A stretch of 64,000 bases of DNA. Source: a virus. This document shows, one piece after another, positions 1 to 12,800 of the stretch; position 1 is the first letter of the stretch; every line of letters begins with the position of its first letter. A program made the translations under genes and the position numbers. The notes below the pieces were generated by a model. The model did no database searches and had not been told where the DNA came from. It was given only the letters and a program-made list of their open reading frames with translations. The stretch is taken from positions 32,001 to 96,000 of IMG/VR virus record IMGVR_UViG_3300021959_000011. One strand, 5' to 3'.

Positions 1-543
1 ATATCCAGCCGCTACTGGATCGCCGTTAACGTCAAGAGGTGTTGCATGTGTTGCCTTTAACAATTCTGGTGTGTCATAAGGATGAACAGTCAAGTCTTTT
101 GCAAGTTGGTATAATAAACCACCATCTGTACCTGTCCAAGAATCTTGCGCCTCTTGAAATCTAACCTCAACTGTATCACCAGATACTGGTCTATATTCTT
201 CTGCAAAAATCAAAGAACCGAAAATTCCGGCACTTCTATCAAATTCTACAGAACCTAGGCCGGCAAGTTGTGAACCTTCTTTATATGTACCATCTTCCCA
301 AGATGTTACATCGGGGTCTGTTGTAGTACCATCAACTGAATTTTTACCTTGTGTTCTGTCAATAGAATATCTTACTTCACCAACTTTAATTTCCCAATTC
401 CAATCTTTATCTTCGTAATCGATTTTTGAACGTAATGGAAACACTCTTGTAGAACCGCCACCTGTATGGTATTCTACGTGTTGTCTGTGAGAGATATTAA
501 TAATCTCATTTCTTTGAATACTATACCCACTTGAACTTGGCAT
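1..543 (-). CDS. Virion structural protein, truncated at window edge (MPSSSGYSIQRNEIINISHRQ...)
   Basis: ATG at 543 with AGGAG SD, TATAAATA late promoter at 590-597, reading frame open to position 1. Confidence 0.6.
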   Translation of the reverse strand, partial: MPSSSGYSIQRNEIINISHRQHVEYHTGGGSTRVFPLRSKIDYEDKDWNWEIKVGEVRYSIDRTQGKNSVDGTTTDPDVTSWEDGTYKEGSQLAGLGSVEFDRSAGIFGSLIFAEEYRPVSGDTVEVRFQEAQDSWTGTDGGLLYQLAKDLTVHPYDTPELLKATHATPLDVNGDPVAAGY

Positions 544-589
544 TAATAATCTCCTTTAAAATTTTTAGGACTTTTTGTTTATCTGAATA

Positions 590-597
590 TATTTATA
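590..597 (-). promoter_or_regulatory. T4-type late promoter TATAAATA
   Basis: Exact gp55 consensus upstream of the gene starting at 543. Confidence 0.7.
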
Positions 598-608
598 AAA
601 CTTTTCTT

Positions 609-2357
609 CTAGTCTATGTTAACATCACTGTTGAAAATATAGTCTCCATTCACTAACATCAACACTCTCATTCCGTTTCCATTTGGTAGAGTTGATAACA
701 TCCCCTGATATCTTCGGTTATCTGTATTTGTTCCATCTGGTTTGTATGTTTGCATAGGTACATTACTACTCTGTGCAACTACTTCTGAAGATGAGAATGC
801 AATTAAATCAATTTCTTCTTTTGGATACATATATCTTTGAGTAGTGAGTCCTGTTGGGAAAGTGATAACAAACCTGTTATCATCTGTAATTGCAAGTTGT
901 TCCATTGGGTTGATAATTGCATTACTATCTGTCTGGTGTCTAGTACAATCTTTGTGTACATCCCATGGTTTTACGATATCAAATTCTCTTGCAACAAATC
1001 TCCAAATATTTTTTGCCATAAATTCATCTGCGAGAGAATCTTCTCTGTCATACGGATTCAAAATATATAATGAATCTGAATTTAATTCGGATACCGAAAA
1101 TTCATTTCCAGATTCATCATACACACTACCAATAGCATTTGCTGCAGTCTGTAAATTTGCAGCCTGTTGAGTAAAGTATACACCAAAATCTCTAGGCGAA
1201 ACACTTTCCCTTGAACAAGAATACATACAATGTAATGGGAATCTAGATGATTCATCAGTTCTTGTAATACCTGTTTGATTATCTACAGTTCTTTGTGCAA
1301 GTACCCATGCATAATCATCGTTTTGGTCTGTTGAACTATCATCCATTATAAAGAAACAAAATCCACGTTCTGTGAATGTAATTCTATATTGCATAGGATA
1401 TGTACCGGCTACTGAACTATCCTGTTTGGGGAATCTTTTAAACCAACCTTTGCCGCGTCTTTTATTTCTCCAACGAGTACTTCTATTAATAGTACCACCA
1501 TCTTCAGGAATTACAATATCTTCGAAAAATAAATCAACACACTGGCCAGGATCTCGTAAGATAGAAGTAGAAACTGATGCACCATTTTCTAAAGTAATTA
1601 AACCATCACTAATACCTAATGGTGCAGTAATATCTCCGTTATCTAAAATTTGGTTTTTGGTTGCAATGTTAATTTTTAACCACGCATAAGAAGGATTTGG
1701 AATTCCTACTGTGGCCTCCCATCCCGCCGGCAAACTTGCATTTGTAACAGTACCATAGCCAGGATGTGAATTAACTAGGGTTTCTCCCCAAGTACTTACG
1801 AGAGTTTCATCAATTGCATTACCGTCACTATATGTGTCTAATCCCAAATTACGCATTTTTAAATTTAGTTGATATAACTCTGCAGAAAATTCTTTGTCAC
1901 TTTCAAATAACCTCGGACGTTCATCATATTCAAGACGCAATCTAAATTTTTGATCGATACCTCTAGAAACTTGACCTTGATTTGGTGACATTTGGTCTGT
2001 AGAATCGTATACAATTACATGTTGCAATTGTGGTTGTCCATCATCAGTAGTACCATAACTAGGTGTACCATCATATCCAGCAACAGGAAATACTGGGTCA
2101 AAAAATCTTTTTGTTACTAGGGTTGAACCATCTGCGGCGTCTACCACTTCATTACCAGATTGTGGGATTCCGTTGTATAATTGCCATTCTCGTTTTAAAT
2201 CTAAATCTAAAACTTTGAGCATTCCACCATATGGAGTACCGTCCAATCCACCATCACCAGTAAAACCACCATTACCAGTGAAGGCAGTGAACCCTGTTCT
2301 TACAGTAGAAACTCCATAGTTTTTAAATGCTGATAAGGTAACTTGTAATTGTGCCAT
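609..2357 (-). CDS. Putative virion structural protein
   Basis: 582-aa ORF within the late structural cluster; no family recognised. Confidence 0.55.
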   Translation of the reverse strand: MAQLQVTLSAFKNYGVSTVRTGFTAFTGNGGFTGDGGLDGTPYGGMLKVLDLDLKREWQLYNGIPQSGNEVVDAADGSTLVTKRFFDPVFPVAGYDGTPSYGTTDDGQPQLQHVIVYDSTDQMSPNQGQVSRGIDQKFRLRLEYDERPRLFESDKEFSAELYQLNLKMRNLGLDTYSDGNAIDETLVSTWGETLVNSHPGYGTVTNASLPAGWEATVGIPNPSYAWLKINIATKNQILDNGDITAPLGISDGLITLENGASVSTSILRDPGQCVDLFFEDIVIPEDGGTINRSTRWRNKRRGKGWFKRFPKQDSSVAGTYPMQYRITFTERGFCFFIMDDSSTDQNDDYAWVLAQRTVDNQTGITRTDESSRFPLHCMYSCSRESVSPRDFGVYFTQQAANLQTAANAIGSVYDESGNEFSVSELNSDSLYILNPYDREDSLADEFMAKNIWRFVAREFDIVKPWDVHKDCTRHQTDSNAIINPMEQLAITDDNRFVITFPTGLTTQRYMYPKEEIDLIAFSSSEVVAQSSNVPMQTYKPDGTNTDNRRYQGMLSTLPNGNGMRVLMLVNGDYIFNSDVNID

Positions 2358-2392
2358 ATTAGTTTACTCTTTCTAATTCGTTATATATCTAT

Positions 2393-2989
2393 TTATGCCG
2401 CAGAACCTGTATTACTTCCGCCGCCACCAGACAAATTTTGATAATGTATTGGTACAAATCCATTACAAGATACAGTTGCAGTTATATTGTTAATTCCAGA
2501 ATTGTCTCCATAAGAAAGTACGAAGATATCATCATTTTCTGGTTGTGGTAATATTAGACTATGGAACTTAGAAGTTCTATTGCCGGTGTTATCTTTTCCA
2601 GAAACACTTACAATTTTTTCACCAGTTGTCCAATCTTCTGTTTCACTTAATCTCCAAAAACCAATATCAAATTCATCTTGTATATCAAATCTAAACCAAA
2701 CCTCAATAATAGAATATGATAAAACTGTTTCTTCTGGGTCTATTCCAAGACTAACCAATCTTTCTTTTGTTACACTGGGCCCAACCAATACTATTTCAGT
2801 TTCACATGAATATGCATTACCATAATTATTTGAGGTAAATGACGAAATCATAGGGGCAAAGTCTACTGCAATATCACCATTCGGAGTTGTTACCACACCA
2901 TTACTAACATTATCAATACCAGTAGAATTTCCATCTATACCGATATTTATGATAAAATTACTTTGTTGACTGTTTTCTATATATGACAT
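2393..2989 (-). CDS. Hypothetical structural protein
   Basis: 198-aa ORF coupled to neighbours in the fibre cluster. Confidence 0.5.
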   Translation of the reverse strand: MSYIENSQQSNFIINIGIDGNSTGIDNVSNGVVTTPNGDIAVDFAPMISSFTSNNYGNAYSCETEIVLVGPSVTKERLVSLGIDPEETVLSYSIIEVWFRFDIQDEFDIGFWRLSETEDWTTGEKIVSVSGKDNTGNRTSKFHSLILPQPENDDIFVLSYGDNSGINNITATVSCNGFVPIHYQNLSGGGGSNTGSAA

Positions 2990-2992
2990 TTC

Positions 2993-5521
2993 TTATCCAT
3001 TAAAATATTTTGTACCAAATGAAAAATCTTCATTAGGGTCGTGCATCCATGAAAAATCAGAATTCTTTAATTGCCAATCATTACTATGGTTTGGAGATTT
3101 TACAAATACTCTCAAAACATCACTGCCGCGTCTTTCATACATGTTTGCAAATACAGGATATCTTTGTCCTGCTGTTAGATATTTAGAGTATTCCTGAGAT
3201 GCAAATCTTTTACCATGATCCCCACCATTGTCAACTTGTGCGTTTGCGCGAGTCCTAGTACTTTTAAATTTTGCATGGTCTCCTAACCAAAAATAACTAC
3301 CATCATCTGAATACGTATTAAATTTGTATGTACCAGAAACATGTGGTACAATATATCCATGATACATAGATACATAATAGTTACCAATATTTTCTGGAGT
3401 ATCCATTTGGCTTTCAATATACTTAACTGTTGCAGGTCTACCACCACGATAGTACCCATACCCACCTAATAATTTACTATCGCCCCACCAACCCCATACG
3501 TGATATCTGACAACGCCAGGTGACAGTGGTGGTAAAGTTCTTTTAGTATTTGCCAATGCATCAGCACTTGTAGAACCAGTTCTATTTAAATTCATTCCAG
3601 ACCATGCTAAAGTAAATGCATGTGGATTTGTAGATGATGTTTGTTGTTTAAATCCGGCCTTTGCAACAGTTTTAATAGGTATATTATTTGTATCTCTAAA
3701 TACGATAGTAAATATTTCTGATGAGTCATTTGCATGTTGTGGAAAGTTATATACTTTTCCTGAGTCCGCCTTTGATGCAATTTTTGTATAAACTACAAAA
3801 CCATTTTCACCACCAGAAAATGACTGTAAACTCCACCCTGCAGGCCTTGCTGAATTATATTCAGTTTCTGTACGTACAGAACTTGGATTAGAAAATCTTT
3901 GTATTGCAACTATTAAATCATTATCTTTTATTCCTGATTGTAAATTTGCACTAAATCCAACATCCTGTATACCAACTCCAACTTGGTTAAGATCATTTAT
4001 ATTTGGCCCATCAACTTCTAACGCCAACATAAATCCGTTATTATACGAACCTGTATCGTTTTGATCTAATTTCCATTTTGGTAATTTTTCACCTCGATTG
4101 TATAGAGAATATCCCCATTCAAAGTTTGTGCCCGTCAACTTACCAGATTCCAGTGGAGGTGTGATTAGGAAACTTGGAGCTGCATCGGAACTCACCCCAG
4201 CAATTAATATTACTGGATTTGGTAAAATACTGGATGCAGTAATAGTTGTCGTATTATCCACATAAACTGCACTTAAAGGAATATAATCTTTCTTTTGTTT
4301 TATTTGTATATCGGAAATACTAACAAAATTTTCTGAGTTAATAAACAATGGATATACTTTATTCCAATTATTGTTATTCTTTACATAAACTTCTCTGATT
4401 TCTTTCCATGCACCAGAATCTTTTGCATATATTTCTTTTGGAACCCACCATTTTGTCCTATCATTTCCTAATGGACTTAGTAAAGTACCTGTCGAATTGT
4501 TTGGTTTAACATCTCTTACTACATTATGACCATTTTTTGATATAACAGAAAATCTAAAAAATCTCTTATTCGCACCACGGCCAATATTATCACCAGAAAC
4601 GTATGGTCTACCATCACCTATAACTTCAACTCCCTGATACTCACCACCCTGATTAAAGTAGAAATTTGCAGTTGCATCACCATTTTTATAATGAGTTATA
4701 GTTGATGTGCCTTTGAAAAAACAAAATCCTGCTCCATCATATTTACCGCCAGAATGATGTGGTTGTACAATTTTAATATAACAGTTTCCACTTGCATTTC
4801 TCACGTTCATACTCATTAGTGCCCAAGAGTTTTGTCTAAAGTCAAAGTTTAGTGTCTGCATTACACGACCATCAGATTTTCTCACCAATGTCATGATATA
4901 TTTTTCTCTGGTCATATCTGTATATTCCAGACCATTACTATCATTACCAATGATATAATAAAATGAAAGAGTATCCATTCCAGTTGCATTAAATGTTGGG
5001 GATTGCCAAGAACGAGGATAATGTGTACCTATTTGTACATATCCTGTAATATCATTTCTGTTTGCAATGATACCATGTTTGGATGCACCACCAGTATCGC
5101 CAGAACCACTACCAAATCCACGGTTCTTTGCATCTAGTTTAAGACTCACTCTAGTCTCTGTCCAAGATAAGGGTTCGTTTGTTGCATCAATTCTTGCAAC
5201 TTCTGTCCAAGGGCCCTCTTCTGTTTCACATGCCTCTAATGATAAAATTCTATCACCTGTACCAATATTTGCAGGCCAAGTTAAATCATACGTGATATAT
5301 GGATTTTCTCCCTGTTTTCTAGGATGGTTATCATCGATAGTAAAAACAGGTGTATACATTCTATCTAAATTATTTTCACTGTAATTTTTAAGTGGCTCAT
5401 ATAATCTGGCATCGACTGCCTTCAACCCTCTACCCTTATTACCAGAGTGTTGGATTTGCAAATCTACTTTATACTCTACGTTCTGTTGATTAAGAGTATC
5501 ATCTTTGACATAGTATGCCAT
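2993..5521 (-). CDS. Tail-fibre adhesin / receptor-binding protein with C-terminal PA14-like carbohydrate-binding domain
   Basis: GYIVPHVSGTYKFNTYSDDGSYFWLG matches the PA14/GLEYA core; internal YAKDSGAWKEIREVYVK fibre motif. Confidence 0.7.
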   Translation of the reverse strand: MAYYVKDDTLNQQNVEYKVDLQIQHSGNKGRGLKAVDARLYEPLKNYSENNLDRMYTPVFTIDDNHPRKQGENPYITYDLTWPANIGTGDRILSLEACETEEGPWTEVARIDATNEPLSWTETRVSLKLDAKNRGFGSGSGDTGGASKHGIIANRNDITGYVQIGTHYPRSWQSPTFNATGMDTLSFYYIIGNDSNGLEYTDMTREKYIMTLVRKSDGRVMQTLNFDFRQNSWALMSMNVRNASGNCYIKIVQPHHSGGKYDGAGFCFFKGTSTITHYKNGDATANFYFNQGGEYQGVEVIGDGRPYVSGDNIGRGANKRFFRFSVISKNGHNVVRDVKPNNSTGTLLSPLGNDRTKWWVPKEIYAKDSGAWKEIREVYVKNNNNWNKVYPLFINSENFVSISDIQIKQKKDYIPLSAVYVDNTTTITASSILPNPVILIAGVSSDAAPSFLITPPLESGKLTGTNFEWGYSLYNRGEKLPKWKLDQNDTGSYNNGFMLALEVDGPNINDLNQVGVGIQDVGFSANLQSGIKDNDLIVAIQRFSNPSSVRTETEYNSARPAGWSLQSFSGGENGFVVYTKIASKADSGKVYNFPQHANDSSEIFTIVFRDTNNIPIKTVAKAGFKQQTSSTNPHAFTLAWSGMNLNRTGSTSADALANTKRTLPPLSPGVVRYHVWGWWGDSKLLGGYGYYRGGRPATVKYIESQMDTPENIGNYYVSMYHGYIVPHVSGTYKFNTYSDDGSYFWLGDHAKFKSTRTRANAQVDNGGDHGKRFASQEYSKYLTAGQRYPVFANMYERRGSDVLRVFVKSPNHSNDWQLKNSDFSWMHDPNEDFSFGTKYFNG

Positions 5522-5533
5522 TTATTGCCCTCT

Positions 5534-6664
5534 TTATACTCTATACCAAACATCACCATTAGAACCACCAGATGGTAGATTTGAACTAATTGTTTGGTTG
5601 TGTTGCGACTGATTACCTAAATTTCTTTTTGAAAAAGATTGTATGTGTCCTGATGAATCGACAATCACTTTATCAATCACTTCAGTACCATTGGTATTTA
5701 CAGATGATGGATTATGTGTTGCGTGTGAATATGTAAATGCTGCAGAATCATATACAATTAAAGTGTCACCAGATGTTGGTGGTGTTTCTAATTTAAGAGC
5801 AAGTTGATTATAGATATTTGTATCTTCGTTTATTAATGATTGTAAAGAAACATCTACTGCCTCTAATTTAACATCAACTGCATTAATATCGCCCTTAATA
5901 TTATCTGTTATTGCATATGTATTTCCACCATCTGATGTGTAAACGCCGGCAGAGTTCAATCCAATATTTGTTTGTGATTTAGTTAATCTATTGTCTAATC
6001 CAACAATAGATTGAATATTTTGATTAATTCTATTTTCATTTGTCGCAGACTGAGTATCTAATGCAACCAAAGATTCTTTAACAGTACCAGTAATATAATT
6101 ACCAACTAACGTAATATTACCACTAGAATCTGCACCAAGATTTGTTTGCGTATTATTTAATATATCAGCTTCTTCTTTAATCTTCGTGTCTAATAAATTG
6201 TCTGCATTTGCGAGAGAAACAGATGTTGACAAATAATTAGATGTTGTTGGTTGGATATATTGTCCAGCTGGTGTTAGACCTGCATTTAATTCAACTGCAT
6301 CAATACTTTGTTGCAATCCAACATCGGCATCAATCCTTGAATTCTTTTCAGTTAAAACTTCTGAATCAGTATATGCGACTAAAACATCATGTGCATTATT
6401 TAAACTCTCAACAAGGTTTGCACCAGCATATGCAACATCAATACTTCCAAGAGGACCAATATTCGAAATATTGGTATTAATTAATGTTTCGTGTTCGTTA
6501 AACGCTCCTACTACAGTCTTACTATCTGTAGATAGTCCGTTAAAATCTCCTACTAGTGCCTGTACATATAATGCATGGTCTCTAATTTCATTAGTTTTAG
6601 TGGCCCAAACGTCAAACGTATCAGTTCTAATAACTTGTGTTAGTGATGGATATGTAAATGCCAT
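5534..6664 (-). CDS. Fibritin-like / short fibre structural protein
   Basis: N-terminal TDTFDVWATKTNEI motif, coiled-coil body, C-terminal PSGGSNGDVWY motif. Confidence 0.6.
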   Translation of the reverse strand: MAFTYPSLTQVIRTDTFDVWATKTNEIRDHALYVQALVGDFNGLSTDSKTVVGAFNEHETLINTNISNIGPLGSIDVAYAGANLVESLNNAHDVLVAYTDSEVLTEKNSRIDADVGLQQSIDAVELNAGLTPAGQYIQPTTSNYLSTSVSLANADNLLDTKIKEEADILNNTQTNLGADSSGNITLVGNYITGTVKESLVALDTQSATNENRINQNIQSIVGLDNRLTKSQTNIGLNSAGVYTSDGGNTYAITDNIKGDINAVDVKLEAVDVSLQSLINEDTNIYNQLALKLETPPTSGDTLIVYDSAAFTYSHATHNPSSVNTNGTEVIDKVIVDSSGHIQSFSKRNLGNQSQHNQTISSNLPSGGSNGDVWYRV

Positions 6665-6665
6665 T

Positions 6666-6884
6666 TTAAGTTCTCTCTACTAGTATTTTTAATAATTCTT
6701 TTATTTCTTGCACTTCTGTTTTAAGGTTGTCTATTTCTCTTTCAGTTTTATCAAATCGATTTACTCTTTTCATATAGTTTCTATATGATTGTATATCTGT
6801 ATTAATAACCGCCTTTGAGTGCGGATCTCTGCGTAGATTTTTTTCTTCCTTAACTATCATAAAATCATTTATATCTCTACTCAT
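6666..6884 (-). CDS. Small conserved T4-like protein downstream of the VrlC-like gene
   Basis: LRRDPHSKAVINTD motif plus C-terminal coiled coil; late promoter at 6885-6892. Confidence 0.6.
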   Translation of the reverse strand: MSRDINDFMIVKEEKNLRRDPHSKAVINTDIQSYRNYMKRVNRFDKTEREIDNLKTEVQEIKELLKILVERT

Positions 6885-6895
6885 TATTTATAATC

Positions 6896-9800
6896 CTAAG
6901 TGGCGAGTGCAACAATTCTTAAATCTGAGACACGAGGCACTATAGAAGAATTTTTACTTCTCAATACAATTTTAACGCCAAACCCAATGAATTCTTCAAT
7001 ATCTCTTATATCATACTCAAATTCCCTAAAGTCACTTATTGAATTTGCAGGAATTCCATACCCATCTGGTCTTTCAATGAAAGTATATGGCAATTTTCTA
7101 TATTCAAGTGAATCACTACTTTTAGTTTTGTAATATAAGTCAATATCTGTATCTGCAGGTCTATTCGCAGTAATAACAATTTTCATAGATTTAGATGGCT
7201 GTGCAAGTTGGATTTCTCTAGTGATATATGTTGCATCAACAGAACCACCCGTCGATTCTAGTTCACTCACAAATCCTGTATAAACATGTCCAATATTACC
7301 AGATGCGAGGTTGGTATCCGTTTGAATACCATTCGCATCAACGTCACTAGTCCACTGTGGTGAGTTAGTTCTATTAGATACTAATATTGCACTACATCTT
7401 TGCGTATCAACCTGTGGAGACAAATTGTCTGATTCGGAGTACATATCGATTTCGTAAACCAAAGATTTTTTATTTATTGCATTACCACTATTAAACTGTT
7501 GTTCATTAAATCTACTAGAAATCATTCTTGGTGCATTGAATGTGATATTACTATTAGGCACCATTGTAGACCAGTTACTATCCTTTACTCCAGCGATTTG
7601 ATCTCCATCTTGTGATGCACCAGAGATAGATTTAAACTTATATTGAATATTTGTGCCAGGCAACTGTACGTTTTGTACAATAGGCATCATCAAATCATAT
7701 TTAATATTCGAATTTAAATATGGTAAAAATCCATCTACACCTACTGGAGAAAATCTTCCAGATGTTGCAGGCATAACATTTGTACCAGTTGCAGCTGAGT
7801 ATGTCTTATTATTAAAATCTATAGTAGTTTCATTATATTTAACATTTCTCATGTCAATAGAAAAACTATCAAGTGTAGTTGACAATACCTTATGAATCCC
7901 ATTTAACTGGGCACCACTAAGTGAATTTGTAGAATCTGTACCACCAAACAACGCATTATCTTTAAATCCAGTAATTTGTACATAATTATGATTTTCATGG
8001 AAATCTGTACCAATACAACCGTGATCTATAGCATGGAATGTTACAATATGTGAATTCGCAGTCAGTTCCATAGAATCCGTACCAAGTAAAATTCTATTTT
8101 CTTCACTACCCAATGAATCATAATCTTCGTTTGCAAAGTACAATGTTGACTTTTTAGAATTATCAAATTTTGCGCGATAAACTTTAAATTTTAAATCTTC
8201 CATTTGATCCGCAGTCCAAGTGGATGCGTTTTGTGATTTAAAGAAAACCCCTGCATATGGTTGTTCTGAAATAATACCAGAACCATCAAGTGCCTCTTCA
8301 CCCAATCTTGAAACATGACAGCGATATCCCTGTGTATCCGCAAGCACAACAATACAATACTCTGTACTATCCTGTACATACACTGGACAATCAAATCTAA
8401 AGTTTGTTGGTAAACTACCATCATCTGAAATTTGTACTTGATTTGGATATAAAGTTTTCTCACCAAAAGGTAGAATTTTCTGGCCAGGATAACCATTTAC
8501 TGTTTCTCTTAATTGCAGAGTTACAGGAATTCCTTCATCTTTTGTAGAGAAGAATAAATCTACACTAGTAATATATGCACCACCATCTTCCTCAATCAAA
8601 ATTGTTTCTGCAAGTGGGTCATACCAACCAGTGTCAGACTCAACAACTCTTCTGGTAGTTGTATTTTGTAAAGTTCTTGTATCAGAAATATTTCTCTGTA
8701 CAATTTCTGCAGTACGAGTTGATAAAATAGTTTGTTGTCTCGTTTCGATTGTACCTTTTGCGGTATAGTTTGTTTGTGCGTTTGTATCTGTGTCATCAGA
8801 GTTGTTTGGTTGGTCTGTTAATCTAAAGATACGATCACCAGTTCTAAATCTGATATTATCTGTATTTGGTAGGTTAAAGATACCACGTACCTGTCCTAAA
8901 TCATTTGTTTTTAGAACTTTATTATCTACTGAAACACCTTCTCCACTTTGATAATTACCAACACGAATTGAATTTCCACGAGCATCTCTTAGATACATTC
9001 TTTCTAATGTTGTGTAATTTTTGTTATCCATATTATCAACAACAAAAAATCTAACTGAATTTGTATCTACATACTCTAGTCCAAATACATTTGTTTGATG
9101 ACCACTAGTATCACCTGTTAGAGTCATTTCACCAGCTTCTGAAATCCATTTTTGTTCATTATCATTTATAAAATTGTTTGCACTTTGTGTCATTGAACCG
9201 ACAGTATGTGTCTGCGCTGCAACACAAAATTCACTCACATCAACATCATCAAAGAATGGATAAACCTTTGTGTTTGGTTTCATTCGTGTACCATGGAAGA
9301 AAATTGAACGTTCTCTAATAAATGGTACAATCTCTGTATTAACTACTCTATCACCCATGTTTTCTGTGGTTACGCGAGGTACTAATTCAGTTGTGATACC
9401 AGTTCTGGTTTGATTATTTGTAGTTTGAATGGTTTCATTTCTACCAGTAACCCTTCTAATGCCAGGGCCTCTCATAAAGTCGTTGAATTGAGTATTGCCA
9501 GTAACTTCAGTACCTGTCCAAGCGGTTTGCCAGTTATTCCATTCTGTACCCAATACTCCCATTTCGTTTGCAAGGAATTGAATATTATCAAATTGTCCTT
9601 CGCGGTTGATAGTCAAATCTGGTTGTCTATTGACATCTCTCCACTCATCACTCGCTGGAGTAAGTTTAATAGAGCCACGGAAGGTGAAAATTGCAAATGG
9701 ATTTACGTTTACAGTTTTAGATGATTTGTCTTGGTTGATTACCATCACATCTTCGTATGGTAACAATAAAACACCATCATGGTCAGAATAATGACTTGAA

Positions 9801-12800
9801 TCATTATATCTGAATTTCATATTAGTATTTTTTTCTGCAAATCTAGGTCTTAATTGTCCAGAAACACTATCGATAGAACAATTATATTCTGGGTCAAAAA
9901 CATCACCAATATTGTGTCCAGTAAATGGTTCTACTACAAATCCGTTCTTAAATCTGTCCATACCATTTTCGTCAGTAATTTGCATGTCTTTTGTTTCTTT
10001 TTCCAAAAGACTTAGTGATGTATAGTATTCTAAACTTTTGATTCTTGTTTCTAGAGCACCAATATCTCTCATAGTGTAACGTTTGTTGTCAACCATTTCC
10101 GCCTTTACATCTTGCACCGTTGCAGTGTAAGGACTTGCCTGTAATCTATACAATACCATACCATCATCAGGATCTTCGGGATATTCTGGTGTGAGACTAG
10201 AAGAACCATATTTAACCTTGAAATTACCAATTTTATCCACAAAAACTTTATCTTTTCTTGCGAGATATTGTCTATAATCACAAATAACATATGTGTTGTC
10301 TAATGGATATTCCCCACTTGTTGAAATTTTAGAATAACCACGCAACTTAGATTCTGTTGTACCATCGTTTGCCTCATATATTGTGGCAGGACGAAAATCT
10401 AGTACATCAGACAATCTACTACTATTAAATTCTCCAATTTCTCCATATGTTAAACCAGAGTTTGCATGTGTATATGAATCCACAGATGCATAGTCACCGG
10501 CACTATGTTCAAAGTATGAATATACAATAATTGGTCTACCGGCACAAATTGATTGTCCACGTTTAAGTGTTACGTTACCCAAATTTAAAACGCCAGGCCT
10601 CATACCATTATCAAAAGTGTATCTATTCGTAACATCTACAATTTTACTTGGAACACCACCAGACGCTGGTACTGGAGTACCACCTGATTCAATCAAGTCT
10701 AAAATATCCTGTCTGAATGGGGCATTTTCTGTTGTATCTGTAAATGGATCTGCACCAGTTTCTTCGTAATAATTCCATGCACTGAGTGCAAACAACAATT
10801 CTTCTGCAGTCATTTCAACAATAAGTTTAAATGTACCGTCAACATTAGTTTGATATGCAATTGTATTAACATTACATGTGTCATAAATCTTTTTCAATTC
10901 ATGAATATCTGAGTGTTGAAGTTGTAAATCTGCTAGAGATAAATCATAACCCTGAGCATCTTGGAAAGTTTCTGGAATATCACCACTTGCATTCAAACTA
11001 GTATAAAGAATATCTGCCTCAAATGTATCACTACTTGGAGATGACACAAAAGTTTTTCCGACTTCTGTGAAATTACCAACACCGTTTATAAGTGAGTAGG
11101 GAGTAATTACAACATCTTCGATTAATCTTTTTTGTTTTTCGACTGCTTCAGTTTTAATAATTGGAATGAATAATTTGACAGATTGTCCAACACTAGCAAC
11201 TGAAAGGTTTGTGATTGTTAAAGTTTTACCAGAAATACTAATTTGTACATCTTCTGATGCAATACTTTCGATACCACCCACATTTGCGTCATCTGTTGGG
11301 GGCTTTACTAGAAAATAATAATCAGAATTATATGTACCAAATGTTTCGGCCACATTTGGAGATAATTCAATCACTACTCTTGGTTGTCCGCCATCTGGAT
11401 TAATTACTTGTGCGTTGATCTCTCTTTGGACTGTGTATGAAGTATCAATAGTTTCATTGCCACTTACGTCATCAATGAATCTAACTGTTTTTACATAATC
11501 TGCGTAAGTATCTACAATACTAGAACCATCACCATCAAAAATAACTTGTTTATTTAAAATTCTTGCCCCGTTATCGATATAACGATAATTTGCAAGAGAA
11601 TTGAATAGGTTAGTTGTACCACCAGTAGATGTGAATGTAATTTCTTTTAAAATCTCATTTGGTTTGAATTGTCTAGGAGTCAATAGTGCTGCATCGTCAC
11701 TTGTAAAATTACCACTACCTAACATCTTGACAAGTGCAGAACTTCTAGTTGCATTAAAATCGTAAACAATTCCACGCACTTTTCTATCTTCATATTCAGA
11801 TACTAAAATATTTTTATTCGCAAAATCTTGATTTTGGTCTATAACTGAGTAATCAGACAAAACGTTAGAGGTAAATCTATATGTCTGTAATGCACCTGTA
11901 CCAACTTTTTCTTTAGATACCAAAGACCTAACATCATTGATTGTATAATCTTTTGTTGTTAATGGATTTTTTTGGAATTTAAAATCATATAGATATACTT
12001 TCCAAATACCAGTTTCTACTGAGGCATTTGTACCATTCCAATCACCTTGTAGAAAGTCATTTACTTGTGCATTTTTATAATGTTCAACATATTTTACTTT
12101 TGCAGTTGCAACTACATCATGTCCTAATGTATTATTTGCATCGGAAAAGTCTGCTTCTGGAGAATATGCATAAGTTGTTACTGTAAATGAATCATCAATA
12201 GTAACAAAATCTGGACCATTAGTATTTAAGTTTGTAAATAAAACTTCTTCATTAATAAATGGTAAAGTCATATTATCAGTGACATAAACATATGTACCAA
12301 GTTTTGCAGTTAAGTATTCATTATTCTTTTGAATATCATCTCTTGAACGTTTATAATCAACAAATGTAGTTGCAAGAGTTTCAATTTCATAACCACGAAC
12401 ATATGCCTTACCAGCCTCCAATCCTAGAGACAAGTTTTGTTGCAATGCATATACTAAATCTGCATGAGTACGGCCTGGATAGAATTTTTCACCAGTAGTA
12501 TCTAAATCTTGATCTGGGTATGCAGCCCTTTCAATTGGACCTACAGTATGTGCCAGTCCAACATCCAGTACACCATCAACCATTCCACTATATTCACTAA
12601 AACGATCATACGCTTGGTTTTTTGCATCTACCTCAGTATCAAATTCAAAATCTTTCATGGTGAATACACCGCGATTTGAGTTTTCATTAAATAGTGCTCT
12701 AATATCTAATTTAAATGGACTAACTGTATAGTCACCAGACTCATCAAATGTGCGTCTTGCGAGAGTTTCTTCTAAAACTGCATAATCGGTACTACGCACT

